A DNA stretch of 64,000 nt from an uncultured Verrucomicrobiae bacterium (GTDB taxonomy: Bacteria; Verrucomicrobiota; Verrucomicrobiia; Chthoniobacterales; JAFAMB01). The notes below the pieces were generated by a model, which saw nothing but the letters and a program-made list of their open reading frames with translations, was not told where the DNA came from and made no database searches. Every line of letters begins with the position of its first letter. Within the stretch, counting starts at the first letter, position 1. The translations under genes and the position numbers were made by a program. Of the stretch, positions 1 to 10,774 are shown piece by piece. Location: positions 4,768,001-4,832,000 of the forward strand of contig CAWIPH010000002.1 in NCBI GenBank assembly GCA_963837955.1. The letters are read 5' to 3'.

Positions 1-490
1 GCGCGGCCGAGAGAACTACCTCGATCGAATTCTCCTTACCATTGAAATCGGGAACCAATACTTCGACGACGATCTGTTCTTGAACCTCTCGGACAGCCAG
101 GATTGTTTGTGCAAAATGAGCAGCTCCACCGTCCGCCAGATCGTCCCTGGCCACAGCGGTAATTACCACGTGCTTCAATCCAAGCCGGCGTACCGCTTCG
201 GCTACCCGGTCCGGCTCATCTGCCTCGAGAGCATACGGTTTGGCAGTAGAGACCGCACAAAACCCGCACGCTCGAGTACAGCGCTCGCCAGCAATCATTA
301 CCGTCGCGGTTCCCTGGCTCCAGCATTCCCAGCGGTTCGGACATTGGGCTGACTCGCAGACGGTGTGCAAACGCAGATCCGAGATCAACGCTTTTGTTGA
401 GAAGAAGACTGGGTTTGATGGCAGCCGAACTTTGATCCAGTCCGGTTTCTTTGGCTGATGAAGCGTCGGATCAATCTTAGAGCAAGACAT
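1..490 (-). CDS. lipA: Lipoyl synthase (5' part; runs off window start)
   Basis: Not in the ORF track. Manual translation from ATG 490 gives MSCSKIDPTLHQPKKPDWIKVRLP...LHTVCESAQCPNRWECW (CX4CX5C)...CTRACGFC (radical SAM CX3CX2C)...VITAVARDDLADGGA. Confidence 0.95.
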   Translation of the reverse strand, partial: MSCSKIDPTLHQPKKPDWIKVRLPSNPVFFSTKALISDLRLHTVCESAQCPNRWECWSQGTATVMIAGERCTRACGFCAVSTAKPYALEADEPDRVAEAVRRLGLKHVVITAVARDDLADGGAAHFAQTILAVREVQEQIVVEVLVPDFNGKENSIEVVLSAA

Positions 491-605
491 CGTCGACGAT
501 TAAGCTAACGACTAGCCTGCCCAAAAGCAAACCGCAGGGGTCATCTATTTGCGATATGCAAAAACGAATGAAGTGTTTCGGCCCTCGGACACTCCCAACT
601 GATGC

Positions 606-995
606 CTAACGCTTAGAGAATTGGAAACGTTTGCGTGCACCCGGCTGGCCCGCCTTCTTCCGTTCCTTCATTCGCGGATCGCGGGTTAGCAAACCCTCTT
701 CCTTCAATGCGGCCCGCAGGGCGGCATCTACCTCCAACAGGGCACGCGCAATACCGAGACGAACCGCACCAGCCTGACCGCTTGGGCCGCCGCCGGAAGC
801 TTTGACTAGCACGTCAAACGTGTTTGTCGTTTTGGTCACTTCAAATGGCTTGAGTACCGTCAATTGCAGAGGTGCAGTTGGGAAATACTCTTCAAAAGGG
901 CGACCATTTACTTCAATTTTTCCCGAGCCACGCGAGATGCGCACTTGAGCAACGGAGGTCTTGCGGCGACCGGTAGCGGAAAATGAATCTGCCAT
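606..995 (-). CDS. rpsI: 30S ribosomal protein S9
   Basis: TGRRKTSVA...[10 protein letters not shown]...[10 protein letters not shown]...[10 protein letters not shown]. Confidence 0.98.
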   Translation of the reverse strand: MADSFSATGRRKTSVAQVRISRGSGKIEVNGRPFEEYFPTAPLQLTVLKPFEVTKTTNTFDVLVKASGGGPSGQAGAVRLGIARALLEVDAALRAALKEEGLLTRDPRMKERKKAGQPGARKRFQFSKR

Positions 996-1023
996 AAAAT
1001 GCTAGTTCCTGATGCTGTTTTGA

Positions 1024-1449
1024 CTAAGCGATTGCGATCGGTTGTTGCGCTTCATGTGGGTGTTGCTCGCCGCGGTAAACCTTCAGTTTAGTGAAAATTG
1101 ATCGGCCCAGCCGGTTGTGCGGAATCATGCCTTTAACCGCGTGTTCGATTAATAGCTCGGGACGGCGGGCGCGGCGCTGCTGGACGTTTTCCGATTTGTG
1201 GCCTCCTACGTACCCGGAAAAACTGGTATACTCCTTCTTCACTTCTTTCTTTCCGCTGAGAAGCACCTTTTCCGCGTTGATCACCACGACAAAATCCCCC
1301 GTGTCAACGTGAGGGGTAAAGATCGCCTTTCCTTTGCCCCGTAACAAATTTACCACTTTGACAGCGACACGTCCCAGAGGCTGGTTCTTCGCATCGACGA
1401 TATACCATCTGCGATCCACGTCGCTGGCTTTGGCTGAAAAGGTCTTCAT
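1024..1449 (-). CDS. rplM: 50S ribosomal protein L13
   Basis: MKTFSAK...WYIVDA...LGRVA...FTPHVDTGDFVVVINAEK; ATG at 1449 preferred over the ORF-track start. Confidence 0.98.
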   Translation of the reverse strand: MKTFSAKASDVDRRWYIVDAKNQPLGRVAVKVVNLLRGKGKAIFTPHVDTGDFVVVINAEKVLLSGKKEVKKEYTSFSGYVGGHKSENVQQRRARRPELLIEHAVKGMIPHNRLGRSIFTKLKVYRGEQHPHEAQQPIAIA

Positions 1450-1474
1450 TTCTGGTCCGTAAAAAAGAGCAGGG

Positions 1475-1503
1475 AAGCTATTGTCCTCTCTCGTCTCTGT
1501 CAA
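1475..1503 (-). promoter_or_regulatory. Sigma70-type promoter of rplM-rpsI
   Basis: Minus strand TTGACA-N17-TAGCTT just upstream of rplM. Confidence 0.65.
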
Positions 1504-1722
1504 TTGCTTAATTTTTGGATTTCCTAACTAACGTAGCCCCGCTGGTAGGTCGACTGCGATGTAATTTTTGGCATCAAGCCCGCCAGGCACTTCTTTCGCC
1601 GGAATCTCCATCCCACGGATAACACCACCCTCTCGAACGTCGCCGCGGCTGCAGAAAAGAACGCGTTCCGATCTACAACCGGCGCACTAGATTCCCGCCG
1701 AGAACGGTGTTATGCGCAATCT

Positions 1723-2484
1723 ATGTTGTCTCGTGGACTTTGGGCTGTTCTTTTGGTCTTGGTTTCTCTCTGCGTCGTTGAGAACTCCGAAGCGATCGAT
1801 ATCCGGGCCGACCTGCGACAGGCTGATCAACTAGAAGATTCCGATCGGTTGACCGAAGCGCTTGAAGTGCTGAAGAACGCCGAGCAGAGCGATCCGGAGA
1901 ACCCTGAGCTTCTGTACCGGCTGTCTAACGTCAACTCCGAATTAGTGGATACGCTTCCCGACGACCGGCAAAAAAAAGCGAGCGCCCAAACCGCACTCAA
2001 GTACGGGAAACGAGCGGTAGAGAAGGGACCAGGTTTATCGGAGGCCCACTTAGCGCTCGCCATAGCTTCTGGGAAAATCACGGACTTCGTCGGCGATCGA
2101 ACGAAGATGGAATACTCCAGGGTCATTCAAAGCGAGGCTGAAAAAGCGGTCCAGCTCGATCCTAAGAACGATTTGGCATACCTTGTTTTGGCAAAATGGA
2201 ACTTTGAAATGTCAGATCTGAATCCGATCCTTCGAGGCATCGCCGAAATGCTTTACGGTCAGGTTCCCGCCTCGTCACAAGAGAAGGCAGTTGAATATTT
2301 CAGAAAAGCGATCGCGATTGCTCCGAATCGCATCAATTACCATTTCGAGTTCGCCCAGGTTCTAGATCGAATGGGAAAGAAAGAAGAAGCGCGGGCAGAA
2401 TACCAAAAGGTGCTTCAGCTGACGCCAACGGATAAGGAGGATCGTGATGATCAAAAAGAGGCGGCCAGAGCCCTAAAGCATTGA
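1723..2484 (+). CDS. Secreted TPR-repeat protein (RMDN-like), paralog 1
   Basis: Signal peptide and TPR-like helices; aligns by eye with 3018-3779 (LAKWNFEMSDLNPILRGIAEMLYGQVPASS). Confidence 0.8.
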   Translation: MLSRGLWAVLLVLVSLCVVENSEAIDIRADLRQADQLEDSDRLTEALEVLKNAEQSDPENPELLYRLSNVNSELVDTLPDDRQKKASAQTALKYGKRAVEKGPGLSEAHLALAIASGKITDFVGDRTKMEYSRVIQSEAEKAVQLDPKNDLAYLVLAKWNFEMSDLNPILRGIAEMLYGQVPASSQEKAVEYFRKAIAIAPNRINYHFEFAQVLDRMGKKEEARAEYQKVLQLTPTDKEDRDDQKEAARALKH

Positions 2485-2534
2485 ATCTAATCCGATCGTC
2501 CAGGGTGGCTCGGCCCTGACGGCGCGCCGCCGGC

Positions 2535-2897
2535 TTATTGTTCTTTCGGTTTTAGCCAGAGAACCAACCATCCTGCCAGCATCCCAAATCCGCCAAGCGG
2601 TGTGATTGCACCGAACCAACGTGCGCCGGTCAGCGCAAGCAGATAGAGCGAGCCGCTGAAGACCGTCACGCCGGCGAGCAGCAACCAAAAACTCCATTTG
2701 GGGATAGGCCGCCAACCGCTGAGTACCAGCAATACAACACCATGGACGAGGTGATAGAGAACCCCTGTCTGCCAAACCTGGGTTGTGCCTAGACTGTCTA
2801 GATGAGACCGAAAAATATGGGCGCCGAAAGCGCCGAGGGCAACTGCACTAAACCCGACTATAGCGGCCGTTTTTCTCGCGAGCTCAGGATGGATCAT
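2535..2897 (-). CDS. DUF423/TMEM256 family membrane protein
   Basis: AVALGAFGAH...WQTGVLYHLVH...FSGSLYLLAL...GAITPLGG; ATG at 2897. Confidence 0.9.
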   Translation of the reverse strand: MIHPELARKTAAIVGFSAVALGAFGAHIFRSHLDSLGTTQVWQTGVLYHLVHGVVLLVLSGWRPIPKWSFWLLLAGVTVFSGSLYLLALTGARWFGAITPLGGFGMLAGWLVLWLKPKEQ

Positions 2898-3017
2898 AAA
2901 TTGGATAGCCAAGGGTAAACTCCTGCGCGATAGATACGCTGGATTTTTACAAACGGGCAGGTTAAATGCCAAGGAATGTAGGCAAGCTTCTCGCTCGGCA
3001 AAGGAGGGAAAACACGC

Positions 3018-3779
3018 ATGAAACAGTTGATTGTTTTTTTGGCTGTCGTTGCGCTGTGTGAGCCCGCACTCACTCAAGAGGTAGAGGGACTCATTCAGCA
3101 GGCGGACCAATTCGAGAATCAGGGAGAAACCGAATCCGCTATCAAAGTATTGAAGCAAGCGGACAGCGCTTCCCCGGAGAACCCGCAGATCCAGAAGCGG
3201 CTGAGCAGACTCTATACCCGGCAAATCCAGGAAATCTCGGACCAGGGGGTAAAACGAAAAGACGCCGAACTAGCCGTCGAACTTGGCAAGAAAGCTGTCG
3301 CAAAGACTCCAAACGATGCCCAGGCGCGTGTCGCACTTGCAGCGGCTTACGGACAGATCTGTTGGTTCGTCGATGAAAAAACGCGAGTCGAGTATTCTAA
3401 ACAGATCTATCTACAGGTAACCAAGGGCCTGGAGCTTGATCCCTCCAGTGATTATGGTCATTTGATCCTGGCCCGCTGGAATTTTGAGTTGGCGACCCTA
3501 AATCCGGTTCTGAAAGGGATCGCCGAGCTCGTCTACGGGCAGATGCCGGCAGCTTCAACCCAGGCAGCCGTCGCTCATTTCAAGAAAGCGATCGAGCTTG
3601 CTCCGCAACGTATTATCCACCACGCCGAATACGCCAAAGCTTTGGAGGCATTGGGGGAAAAAGCCGAAGCTCGAGAAGAGTGGACAAAAGTGACCGAGCT
3701 CAAAGCGGTCGGCCCGCAAGATCGACTCTACCAAACGATGGCAAACCAGCATCTTCGTTCGGGTTCGTTGGCTGGCTAG
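3018..3779 (+). CDS. Secreted TPR-repeat protein (RMDN-like), paralog 2
   Basis: Signal peptide; LARWNFELATLNPVLKGIAELVYGQMPAAS; same length as paralog 1. Confidence 0.8.
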   Translation: MKQLIVFLAVVALCEPALTQEVEGLIQQADQFENQGETESAIKVLKQADSASPENPQIQKRLSRLYTRQIQEISDQGVKRKDAELAVELGKKAVAKTPNDAQARVALAAAYGQICWFVDEKTRVEYSKQIYLQVTKGLELDPSSDYGHLILARWNFELATLNPVLKGIAELVYGQMPAASTQAAVAHFKKAIELAPQRIIHHAEYAKALEALGEKAEAREEWTKVTELKAVGPQDRLYQTMANQHLRSGSLAG

Positions 3780-3883
3780 CGGTCGGAATTGCTCAAAGAT
3801 GGAGGGCGCGTCGCTTCCGTTGTCAGGAGCCCTGCGAGCGGGTTATTCGATCCCCCGACGGCAGATTCCGAAGACAGCTCACT

Positions 3884-4777
3884 CTAAACACGGCCTTCTC
3901 CGACAACAGTCCAAAGCCGGCGATACGCAGCTAATACCCGCTGTCGAATTGGCTGGGAGCGCTCGGAGATATTCCGCTGCAACCGAGCGTATTCGGCACG
4001 GCCATCTGACGTCTCTACCCGAATCGGATCAAAACCGATCTGGCGAAGCTCGTAGGGGCTGGCGCGCATATCGATCTCACGGGCAAGTCGAGCCAGCTCA
4101 AACGCGTCGGCCAAAAGCTCCGATTCGATCCAAGGCGCAATTTTGTAGCAAAACCGATAGAGGTCCATGTTCACGTGGATACATCCGCATTGGTCCATTT
4201 CGATGGTCGTTGCCCGGCCTAAGGCTAGCTGATTCCGCTTTCGCGCCGGTTCTGTGAAAAAACGAAAGGCGTCGAAATGGGTGCAGACAAGGTTTTGAGA
4301 TTCAACAGCCGCGGCAATTTCTGCTCCCCTTAATCGCAGAGGGACTTCCGAATGACGAATCGATCCTTCGCGATACACCATTGCCCACTCGTGCAAACCA
4401 AAACAGCAAAAACTCGGTTCCCTGGCTGATGTTGTTTCGAGGAAACGAGTGGCCCAAACCAAGTATTCACGACGAGCGCTTGGAAACGGAGTCAGTCTCC
4501 AGCCGCCGGCCACTCGTTCCCACCATTTCGCTGATCCGGGCAAGTCTTCGATACGCAACGCCTCGATCGTCAGATTTGGGCCGGGTGACCATCGGGAAAG
4601 CTGAGCCGGTCGAAACGAGTAGTACTGAAAAAGAAAATCATAGACCGGGTGCTTGGCTTGGCGCGATTTTTGGTCGAGGTAGGGCGCAATCCACGGTTGC
4701 ACGCGCTGTTTATGGAGCCAGGCACGATGTTCCCAAACGGTGCGCGGCAGAACAACGGGTATTTCATCGATCTTCAT
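3884..4777 (-). CDS. Conserved protein of the family usually annotated as 3-methyladenine DNA glycosylase
   Basis: HPVYDFLFQYY, GLHEWAMVY, CTHFDAFRFFT, GCIHVNMDLY, DMRASPY motifs. Confidence 0.7.
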   Translation of the reverse strand: MKIDEIPVVLPRTVWEHRAWLHKQRVQPWIAPYLDQKSRQAKHPVYDFLFQYYSFRPAQLSRWSPGPNLTIEALRIEDLPGSAKWWERVAGGWRLTPFPSARREYLVWATRFLETTSAREPSFCCFGLHEWAMVYREGSIRHSEVPLRLRGAEIAAAVESQNLVCTHFDAFRFFTEPARKRNQLALGRATTIEMDQCGCIHVNMDLYRFCYKIAPWIESELLADAFELARLAREIDMRASPYELRQIGFDPIRVETSDGRAEYARLQRNISERSQPIRQRVLAAYRRLWTVVGEGRV

Positions 4778-4797
4778 TTGAGGCGCACCTATTTGTG

Positions 4798-6362
4798 CTA
4801 GCGTCCATCTGTTATTCGCCTTAAAGCACGTTGCACGTGTACCTCTGCCCAGTCGAGTTCTTCCTCGATCTGGTGAAAAGCGTCGTCACCAATGTCACCT
4901 CGAATGCGCAATCTAGCTAAAGTGCGACGTTCTGCATCGATTGCCCGGTTTTGAACATTGGCGAGTTCTGACGTCGTACCCTCACCGGCTTGCTTGTCAT
5001 TTGCATCGTTGCCCAATCGAGCTTGATACTCTCGACGGACAACCGCTGCCGCCTCAGACCCTTCTTGTCCATCAAGAATATTTAAAGCGGCACGCGCAAT
5101 CTCAGTCCGGGCCAGCCGCACTTCTTCCTCGACCACCCGGTCATCTGCAAAACGAAGTGCCGTCATTAGTGGGCGTAAAGTCAGACCCTGCAAGATCAGC
5201 GTTCCAAGCACGACGCAAAAAGCCGCGAAGAGGAGCAGATCGCGATATGGGAATGTCTCTGGGAGCGCGAGCGCGGCAGCAAGAGTAACAATCCCTCGCA
5301 TTCCGCACCACGATACCATGATTCCTGACTGAACCGTGGGAGGACTCACCCGGTGCGGAAGATGAACACCAAAATGGCGATTTTTCCAACGCACCAGGGT
5401 GTTATAGAACATGACCCAGGCGATTCTGACCAGAATAGTCGTCACGCAAACTGCTCCACCAATCAGAAGGTAATGGGACCATTCAGTCGAATGGAGCCGT
5501 TGAAGCAACGGCTTGAGTTCCAGCCCGACAAAAATGAAAACCAGAATATTGAGCACAAACACGACCACCTCCCACACCGCGTAGGAAGGAATACGAAGCC
5601 GAGCTGTAATCCTTGTCGGCACGCTCCGGGCCAGCTCGATAGCGTAACAAACGATCGTGATAATGCCGGACAGATGCAGTTGCTCCGCCAAGATCCAGAT
5701 GATGAATACGGAAAGGAACTGTATCAAGACGGCTGTAGCCACTTCCTGAAAGCGACCCGCGATACGAATGTAGAGGCGCGCCAGAATTACACCCGCAAAC
5801 ACGCTTGCGATGCCCGCGAATAGCAGGAAGGGGATTGCGCTAATGAATGTTCCGGTTGTGGTGATCCCAACGGCAGCGCGGTAAATCAGCAGAGCGCTCG
5901 CATCATTAAAGAGACTTTCTCCCTCCAAAATAACGAGTACTCGATGCGGCGGACGCAACATCCGCAGAACGGCCGTCGCTGCGGACGCATCGGGCGGCGC
6001 CACGATCGCGCCGAGGGCGATCGCAGCCGACCAGGGGATATCGGGCAGGAAGAATCGAACGACTATTGCGACGGAAACAACGGTCAGCCCGACCGCGATC
6101 AAGGCTAAACTCGCTACCGGTCTCCAATTGTCTTTAAGATCGCGGAGTGACGCATCATAGGTCGCGTCCAACAGGACTGGAGCAACAAAAGAGCAAGCGT
6201 GAGCTGCGGATCCAGTGCCAAGTCCGGCAAGTTCGGAGTAAAAGCCAAAACAACGCCCAGCCCGGCCAATAAGACCGGGTACGGTATTTTCAGCCGGCGG
6301 GCGATACTGGCCAATAGGGCGCCGACCAAAAGCAAGCCGATAATCAGTTCGAATTTCGCCAC
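4798..6362 (-). pseudogene. CPA1 family Na+/H+ antiporter, split by a 1-nt frameshift at ~6187-6190 (real pseudogene or sequencing error)
   Basis: ORFs 6114-6362 and 4798-6171 join as LALFVAPVLLDATYD if the T4 run had 5 T; LEGESLFNDA and GMRGIVTLAAAL motifs. Confidence 0.85.
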
Positions 6363-6488
6363 TGCTCTATTGGATTTTGTTTCTTAGCTGTGCTCTATCC
6401 ATTTGGCCAGATCCAAAAGTCTGCAGCATCGGTAGAGGCGCGACAGTTGCGGATTTCAGAGTAAAAAATCATCGCATGGAGACCCCTC

Positions 6489-7127
6489 ATGTATTCGATC
6501 TATTTCGCCGGTGAGTTATTCGCAGCCAAGCATTTGATCGGCAACTCTGCGCTAGCTGCAGCGATCGAACGGCAATCGGCTGGTGAATTCGTTTGCCGAT
6601 TGCCACAGGCGCTGGAACAAAGAAGCAGTTCTGCCCAGCAGATCCGAGACCAGGATCTTGAGACTCTCATCGAGTGCGATCTCGCCATTTTCAACTTCGA
6701 TGGCGCCGAGATTGACTCCGGGACAGTGGTGGAATTCATGGTCGCCAAATTCGCCGACATCCCTTCCCTGTTGCTGCGCACCGACTTTCGCAAAGGAGGC
6801 GACCTGGGAGAAGATCCTTGGAATCTGATGATCAGCTTTTATCCACGAACCCGGACCTGTCTGCTGGATTGCATGGGGCTGTACAAGGAAGCGCTGGCCA
6901 AAACCGACAACTACCACGAAGCGAGCTCGACAATGATCGAAAAAATTGCCCAGAGCGCACTCGAAGAGCTCCACTTGCTGCTGAGGGCGCCACCTTATCT
7001 ACCGCCTCATTTGACCGAGCCCGTTTACGACTGGCTCGGAACATTCGCTCAATTTACATTGCCGGACTCCGCCCAGAAAATTCGCGCGGCCCTGAAAAAT
7101 AAGAAAGCTCGAGGACTTCTCCTGTGA
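6489..7127 (+). CDS. Nucleoside 2-deoxyribosyltransferase family protein
   Basis: IYFAGELF...DLAIFNFDGAEIDSGTVVEF...RTDFR...WNLM. Confidence 0.8.
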   Translation: MYSIYFAGELFAAKHLIGNSALAAAIERQSAGEFVCRLPQALEQRSSSAQQIRDQDLETLIECDLAIFNFDGAEIDSGTVVEFMVAKFADIPSLLLRTDFRKGGDLGEDPWNLMISFYPRTRTCLLDCMGLYKEALAKTDNYHEASSTMIEKIAQSALEELHLLLRAPPYLPPHLTEPVYDWLGTFAQFTLPDSAQKIRAALKNKKARGLLL

Positions 7128-7131
7128 CCCT

Positions 7132-8226
7132 GTGCGTTATCTAATCGCTCCAGACAAATTCAAAGGGACTCTGAGCGCATCGGAAGTATGCGAAATCCTT
7201 GCCGAAGCCGTGCGCGCGCACGATCCCGCGGCGCAAACTGATCTGATTCCAATCGCGGACGGCGGAGAAGGCACCGCCGAATTGGTTGCCTCTCAGCTCG
7301 GGGCAGAGAGACGGTCAATCGCAACGGTAGATGCGTTGGGACGACCCATCACCGCCGAATATTTCGTTCATCAGGACGAAGCTTTTGTCGATATGAGTGC
7401 CGCATCGGGCCTGTGGCGGATTCCTCCAGGTGAACGTCGTCCACTCGATTCCAATACGCTCGGCACCGGTTTGATCGTCCGCCACCTTTGGGATCTTGGC
7501 ATCAAACGGATCTCGATTGGCTTAGGCGGGAGTGCTACGGTCGATGCCGGCCTGGGCTTGGCGGCCGCGGTTGGCTACACCTTCCTCGATAAAGATGGGT
7601 ATTTAGTCGAGCCTTTCCCTGGACAATTTGGGGTGATTCAACGAGTTACGCCGCCCAATGTCGCTAGTTTGCCTAAAATCATCGGTCTCGCGGATGTGGA
7701 AACCCGATTGCTTGGAACCGAAGGAGCCATCCGTGTTTTCGGACCGCAAAAAGGCTTGCAGCCCGATGAGGTAAAATCATTGGAACAGGATCTCGCTCGT
7801 TTGGTCGATCGAGTTGAAGACTCAGTGAAAACCAACTACTCGAGAACGATCCGCTCCGGAGCTGCCGGAGGACTAGGCTACGGCATTTTGACGTTCCTTC
7901 GAGGCGAGCTTGTCCCCGGTTTTGCGGAGGTTGCGAAACGTTTGCGGTTGCCAGAAAGGATCTCGGCGGCCGACGTCGTTATCACCGGGGAAGGCAAACT
8001 CGATTATCAATCGCTGCAGGGGAAAGGACCTTTCGGGGTTGCAGAGATCGCGGGTCGCGCGAAGAAACCGACTTGGGTCATCGCTGGTACCATCGAAGAT
8101 GAAGTCCAGATTCGAACCAAATTCGAAAAATCCGTCTCCGTTGTAGCGGGGCCAATCACGCTGGCGGCTGCGCTGAAGGATCCCGCCGGAACGCTTCGGC
8201 AGAGAGCCGCTGCGTTTTGGGAGTAG
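7132..8226 (+). CDS. Glycerate kinase
   Basis: IAPDKFKGTL, IADGGEGT, GLGGSATVDAG, GAAGGLG, ITGEGKLDYQSLQGK. Confidence 0.92.
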   Translation: MRYLIAPDKFKGTLSASEVCEILAEAVRAHDPAAQTDLIPIADGGEGTAELVASQLGAERRSIATVDALGRPITAEYFVHQDEAFVDMSAASGLWRIPPGERRPLDSNTLGTGLIVRHLWDLGIKRISIGLGGSATVDAGLGLAAAVGYTFLDKDGYLVEPFPGQFGVIQRVTPPNVASLPKIIGLADVETRLLGTEGAIRVFGPQKGLQPDEVKSLEQDLARLVDRVEDSVKTNYSRTIRSGAAGGLGYGILTFLRGELVPGFAEVAKRLRLPERISAADVVITGEGKLDYQSLQGKGPFGVAEIAGRAKKPTWVIAGTIEDEVQIRTKFEKSVSVVAGPITLAAALKDPAGTLRQRAAAFWE

Positions 8227-8268
8227 GAGGGGAGTTCCCGTTCCCGGCGAACGGCATGCCGGTAAGTC

Positions 8269-9432
8269 CTACGGAGCCAAAGTGAGTTCCGCCTTCATGA
8301 GGAAAGTATTGTAAGGTCCGTACTGCGACATGACGAAGAAGAGGGTCCGTCCGTTGTCCCTCAAGAACGAGGGCGTCATAAACGCGCCGTAAAGCTGCGG
8401 GTAATCCCTAGCAGTGGCCAGCGTATGCGGCGTTGTCCAAGGTCCCCATAAATGCTCGGCCTCGCGCAACTGAAGGCTGGCGGTATCCTCGTTAAGATAG
8501 GTGTACATCCATCGCTGCATGGCTGCATTCCACAGCACGGAAGCCTCGCCTACGGGAGCGGCCACTACTTCGACAGCCCCATCGCAATTTTTCGCCCAGC
8601 TAGCCTCTGCTTCTCCGGCACCGGGCGTACACAGGTACTCCCATGCCTCAGCGTCGAGGACCCGATCCTTGGGCACCCGGCCAAGTTTGGCTGCCCCGAA
8701 ACGACCACATGGCGTCCCGAGCGCATACACATACTTACCGCCGGGATTGTCGGGTGCGACGGCAGCGGTGAGGGCCACCATGTTGAAGTTGGACGTTGGA
8801 CCCCCAAACTGGATCGCACACTCATGCCAGGTCTTGCCGAGGTCGCTGGAATATATCCATTTCGAGTTGTTGCATTCCCATACCCCGCCTTTGGGTGCAA
8901 ATCCGCGCACGGACATGTAATGAAGATAGATCGTATCGTCGACGCTCACCATGCTGGTCGGGATCTTGGTCTGTTCGCTAGTTTCGTTGGCAAACGGAGG
9001 TTGATGCGCGCCCTGAACAATCGCAATCGCATGACCGTCCGGACCACGCAGCCAGTCTGTGAGTCTGACGCCGTTCCCGAGATCACGATCCGCGGTTGAA
9101 GCAAAGCTGTTGGATCGCCAATTTGGTCCGCCGACGCCGCGACACGTATTGCCCTCATAACCGAATGTGTCGCCGAAGGCGAAATAGATCCGGCCATTCA
9201 GCTCAGTCATGACGCCTAGATCGGTGCCGCAGACATCGACTTTCCTTTGATCGGTGAGCGCCTGCGGTCCGGTGAGAGCGCAAACCTTCGATGTGTTGAT
9301 TGAGGAAATTCGGGGCTGAATCTGAGCAGCAAGAGCCACCTGAGGTAGGAGACACCCACTTGATAAGCAAGGACAAATGACAAATGGCAAAAATCTGATC
9401 GGCACCAAATTGGCTGTTTTGCTTCTCATCAT
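8269..9432 (-). CDS. DUF4185 domain secreted protein (start uncertain)
   Basis: GTDLG...FAFGDTFG...WRSN...IPT...YLHYMSV...GPW...YGAFM. Confidence 0.75.
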   Translation of the reverse strand: MMRSKTANLVPIRFLPFVICPCLSSGCLLPQVALAAQIQPRISSINTSKVCALTGPQALTDQRKVDVCGTDLGVMTELNGRIYFAFGDTFGYEGNTCRGVGGPNWRSNSFASTADRDLGNGVRLTDWLRGPDGHAIAIVQGAHQPPFANETSEQTKIPTSMVSVDDTIYLHYMSVRGFAPKGGVWECNNSKWIYSSDLGKTWHECAIQFGGPTSNFNMVALTAAVAPDNPGGKYVYALGTPCGRFGAAKLGRVPKDRVLDAEAWEYLCTPGAGEAEASWAKNCDGAVEVVAAPVGEASVLWNAAMQRWMYTYLNEDTASLQLREAEHLWGPWTTPHTLATARDYPQLYGAFMTPSFLRDNGRTLFFVMSQYGPYNTFLMKAELTLAP

Positions 9433-9610
9433 CAGGATAACTCCAGTACTCCGGCACTCTAGGCTCACAGATCCTGCTTTCGCCGGATTTGCCACCGTCG
9501 CTCCGCTTTGGCGCGCCCGAGCCGAACGTTTGGGCATGACCTTACAGCCAGCCGCGACGTAGGCTTAGCGAAGTCGGGTTTCGCCCCACCTTTCGTGCTA
9601 CATTCCTACG

Positions 9611-10663
9611 ATGGCGGGCAAGATTCTGCACCTCGACATGGATTGCTTTTATGCGGCGATCGAGGTACGCGACCACCCCGAGCTCGCAGGCAAACCAGTC
9701 GCGGTCGGCGGGGCCCGCGATCAGCGAGGAGTGTTGACAACTTGCAACTACGAGGCGCGGAAATTCGGTCTGCATTCCGCGATGCCAACATTCAAAGCGT
9801 TGCAAAAATGCCCGCAGCTGATCGTGATGCCTACCCGTTTCGAGGTGTACCGCCGGGAGTCAAACGTGATTCGGCAAATTCTGCTAAAGTTCAGCCCCTG
9901 GATGGAGCCACTCTCGTTGGACGAAGCCTTCCTGGATCTCTCGCAGCACCCAGGAGACGCTTCCGCCGTGGCAGAGATCATTCGGCGCTTGATCCTTCAG
10001 AAAACCGGTCTCACTGCTTCTGCGGGAATTGCTCCGAACAAGATGCTGGCAAAGATCGCGAGCGATTGGAATAAGCCGAATGGACAGTTTGAGATCAGAG
10101 AAGACGAAATCGATGCTTTCATGGTTGAACTACCAGTCCGGCGTCTCTGGGGCATTGGTCCGAAATCGGCGGAGCGACTGGCCAAGCTGGGCGTGCGCAC
10201 CTGCGGCGACTTGCAACGCTACTCGCGATTTCAATTGTTCGAGGAATTCGGCAAATTTGGACCCGAATTATACGATCTCTGCCGCGGAATTGATTCCCGC
10301 CCCGTCGAGCCCGATCGGATTCGCAAATCTTTGAGTAGCGAGCGGACATTCTCCAGTGATCTGACCTCGCTGGCCCAATGCGAGGCAAAACTGCCTGAAC
10401 TCTTTGAAGACGTCATGACCGATCTTGAACGTTCTGACTATGCCGATCGGGTCCGCACGGTTTTTGTCAAAATCAGGTTTGCCGACTTCAGTCGCACAAC
10501 CGTGGAACGAGCAGAACTGCCGCTAACGCTGGAAAGTTTTCTAACGTTGCTGCGAGAGGGCCTGCGTAGGAAAGAGGCCCACGTTCGGTTGCTCGGGCTG
10601 GGTGTTCGATTTCAGGAACCGGCGCTTCAGCCAGTCCAACAATTGGATTTGCCATGGTCTTAA
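9611..10663 (+). CDS. dinB: DNA polymerase IV
   Basis: ILHLDMDCFYAAIE, TCNYEARKFG, SLDEAFLD, NKMLAKIASDWNKPNG. Confidence 0.96.
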   Translation: MAGKILHLDMDCFYAAIEVRDHPELAGKPVAVGGARDQRGVLTTCNYEARKFGLHSAMPTFKALQKCPQLIVMPTRFEVYRRESNVIRQILLKFSPWMEPLSLDEAFLDLSQHPGDASAVAEIIRRLILQKTGLTASAGIAPNKMLAKIASDWNKPNGQFEIREDEIDAFMVELPVRRLWGIGPKSAERLAKLGVRTCGDLQRYSRFQLFEEFGKFGPELYDLCRGIDSRPVEPDRIRKSLSSERTFSSDLTSLAQCEAKLPELFEDVMTDLERSDYADRVRTVFVKIRFADFSRTTVERAELPLTLESFLTLLREGLRRKEAHVRLLGLGVRFQEPALQPVQQLDLPWS

Positions 10664-10774
10664 GAAGGAACGCTGCCACTTCTCGGATGGGAAGTTAGAC
10701 AGAATACATTAAACATCACCAACATCGCGCGCGCCCTTCGTCGTCGTCCTCGTACTCGAAAGAGGTTCCAAATG

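Noticed and set aside
80..458. Plus-strand ORFs 80-352 and 240-458
   Set aside because: Shadows of minus-strand lipA
2898..3224. N-terminal extension of the DUF423 ORF
   Set aside because: Antisense to the TPR gene; family similarity begins at ATG 2897
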